This document shows positions 63,949 through 64,000 of a stretch of 64,000 nucleotides of DNA, piece after piece. The position numbers and the translations under genes are program-made. The notes below the pieces were generated by a model. That model did no database searches, was not told the origin of the DNA, and saw only the letters and a program-made list of their open reading frames with translations. This stretch comes from Octopus sinensis (taxonomy: Eukaryota). Location of the stretch: positions 58,528,001 through 58,592,000 of the forward strand of contig NC_042997.1 in assembly GCF_006345805.1 (NCBI RefSeq), given 5' to 3'. Positions within the stretch are counted from its first letter, which is position 1; each line of letters begins with the position of its first letter.

Positions 63949-64000
63949 AGAACTTAGCTTTTCTACTAGTAATATTTTAACTTTCCTCTACATCTGATTG

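Overview
AT-rich, microsatellite-saturated animal DNA. The repeat content (several tRNA-derived SINE families, R4/Dong-type and Tx1-type LINE fragments, Penelope-like element (PLE) fragments, Tc1/mariner relics, long (TA)n/(CA)n/(CATA)n/(AAT)n arrays) looks like an octopus or other coleoid cephalopod intergenic or large-intron region; this assignment is pattern recognition, not a database result. Almost all ORFs in the supplied track are translations of microsatellites or decayed transposons, and no host gene can be named. The most interesting signals are: (1) a ~310-bp element at 26277-26588 (-) that joins a tRNA-like Pol III head to a complete minimal type I hammerhead ribozyme, i.e. a candidate ribozyme-carrying, PLE-mobilised SINE; (2) two more foldable hammerheads (59299-59362 -, 59950-59997 +) and several decayed ones in PLE-like termini beside (TA)n tracts; (3) an intronless 84-aa, 36% Lys+Arg ORF at 11515-11769 (-) with a CRE-like palindrome upstream, a candidate small basic nuclear protein; (4) a perfect crossed inverted repeat (A-B-x-A'-B') at 19791-19969; (5) a 128-bp-arm hairpin enclosing a hammerhead relic at 29881-30324; (6) a tRNA-Gln pseudogene sitting in the fourth slot of a tandem SINE array; and (7) recent tandem duplications of 338 bp and ~1.15-1.2 kb.
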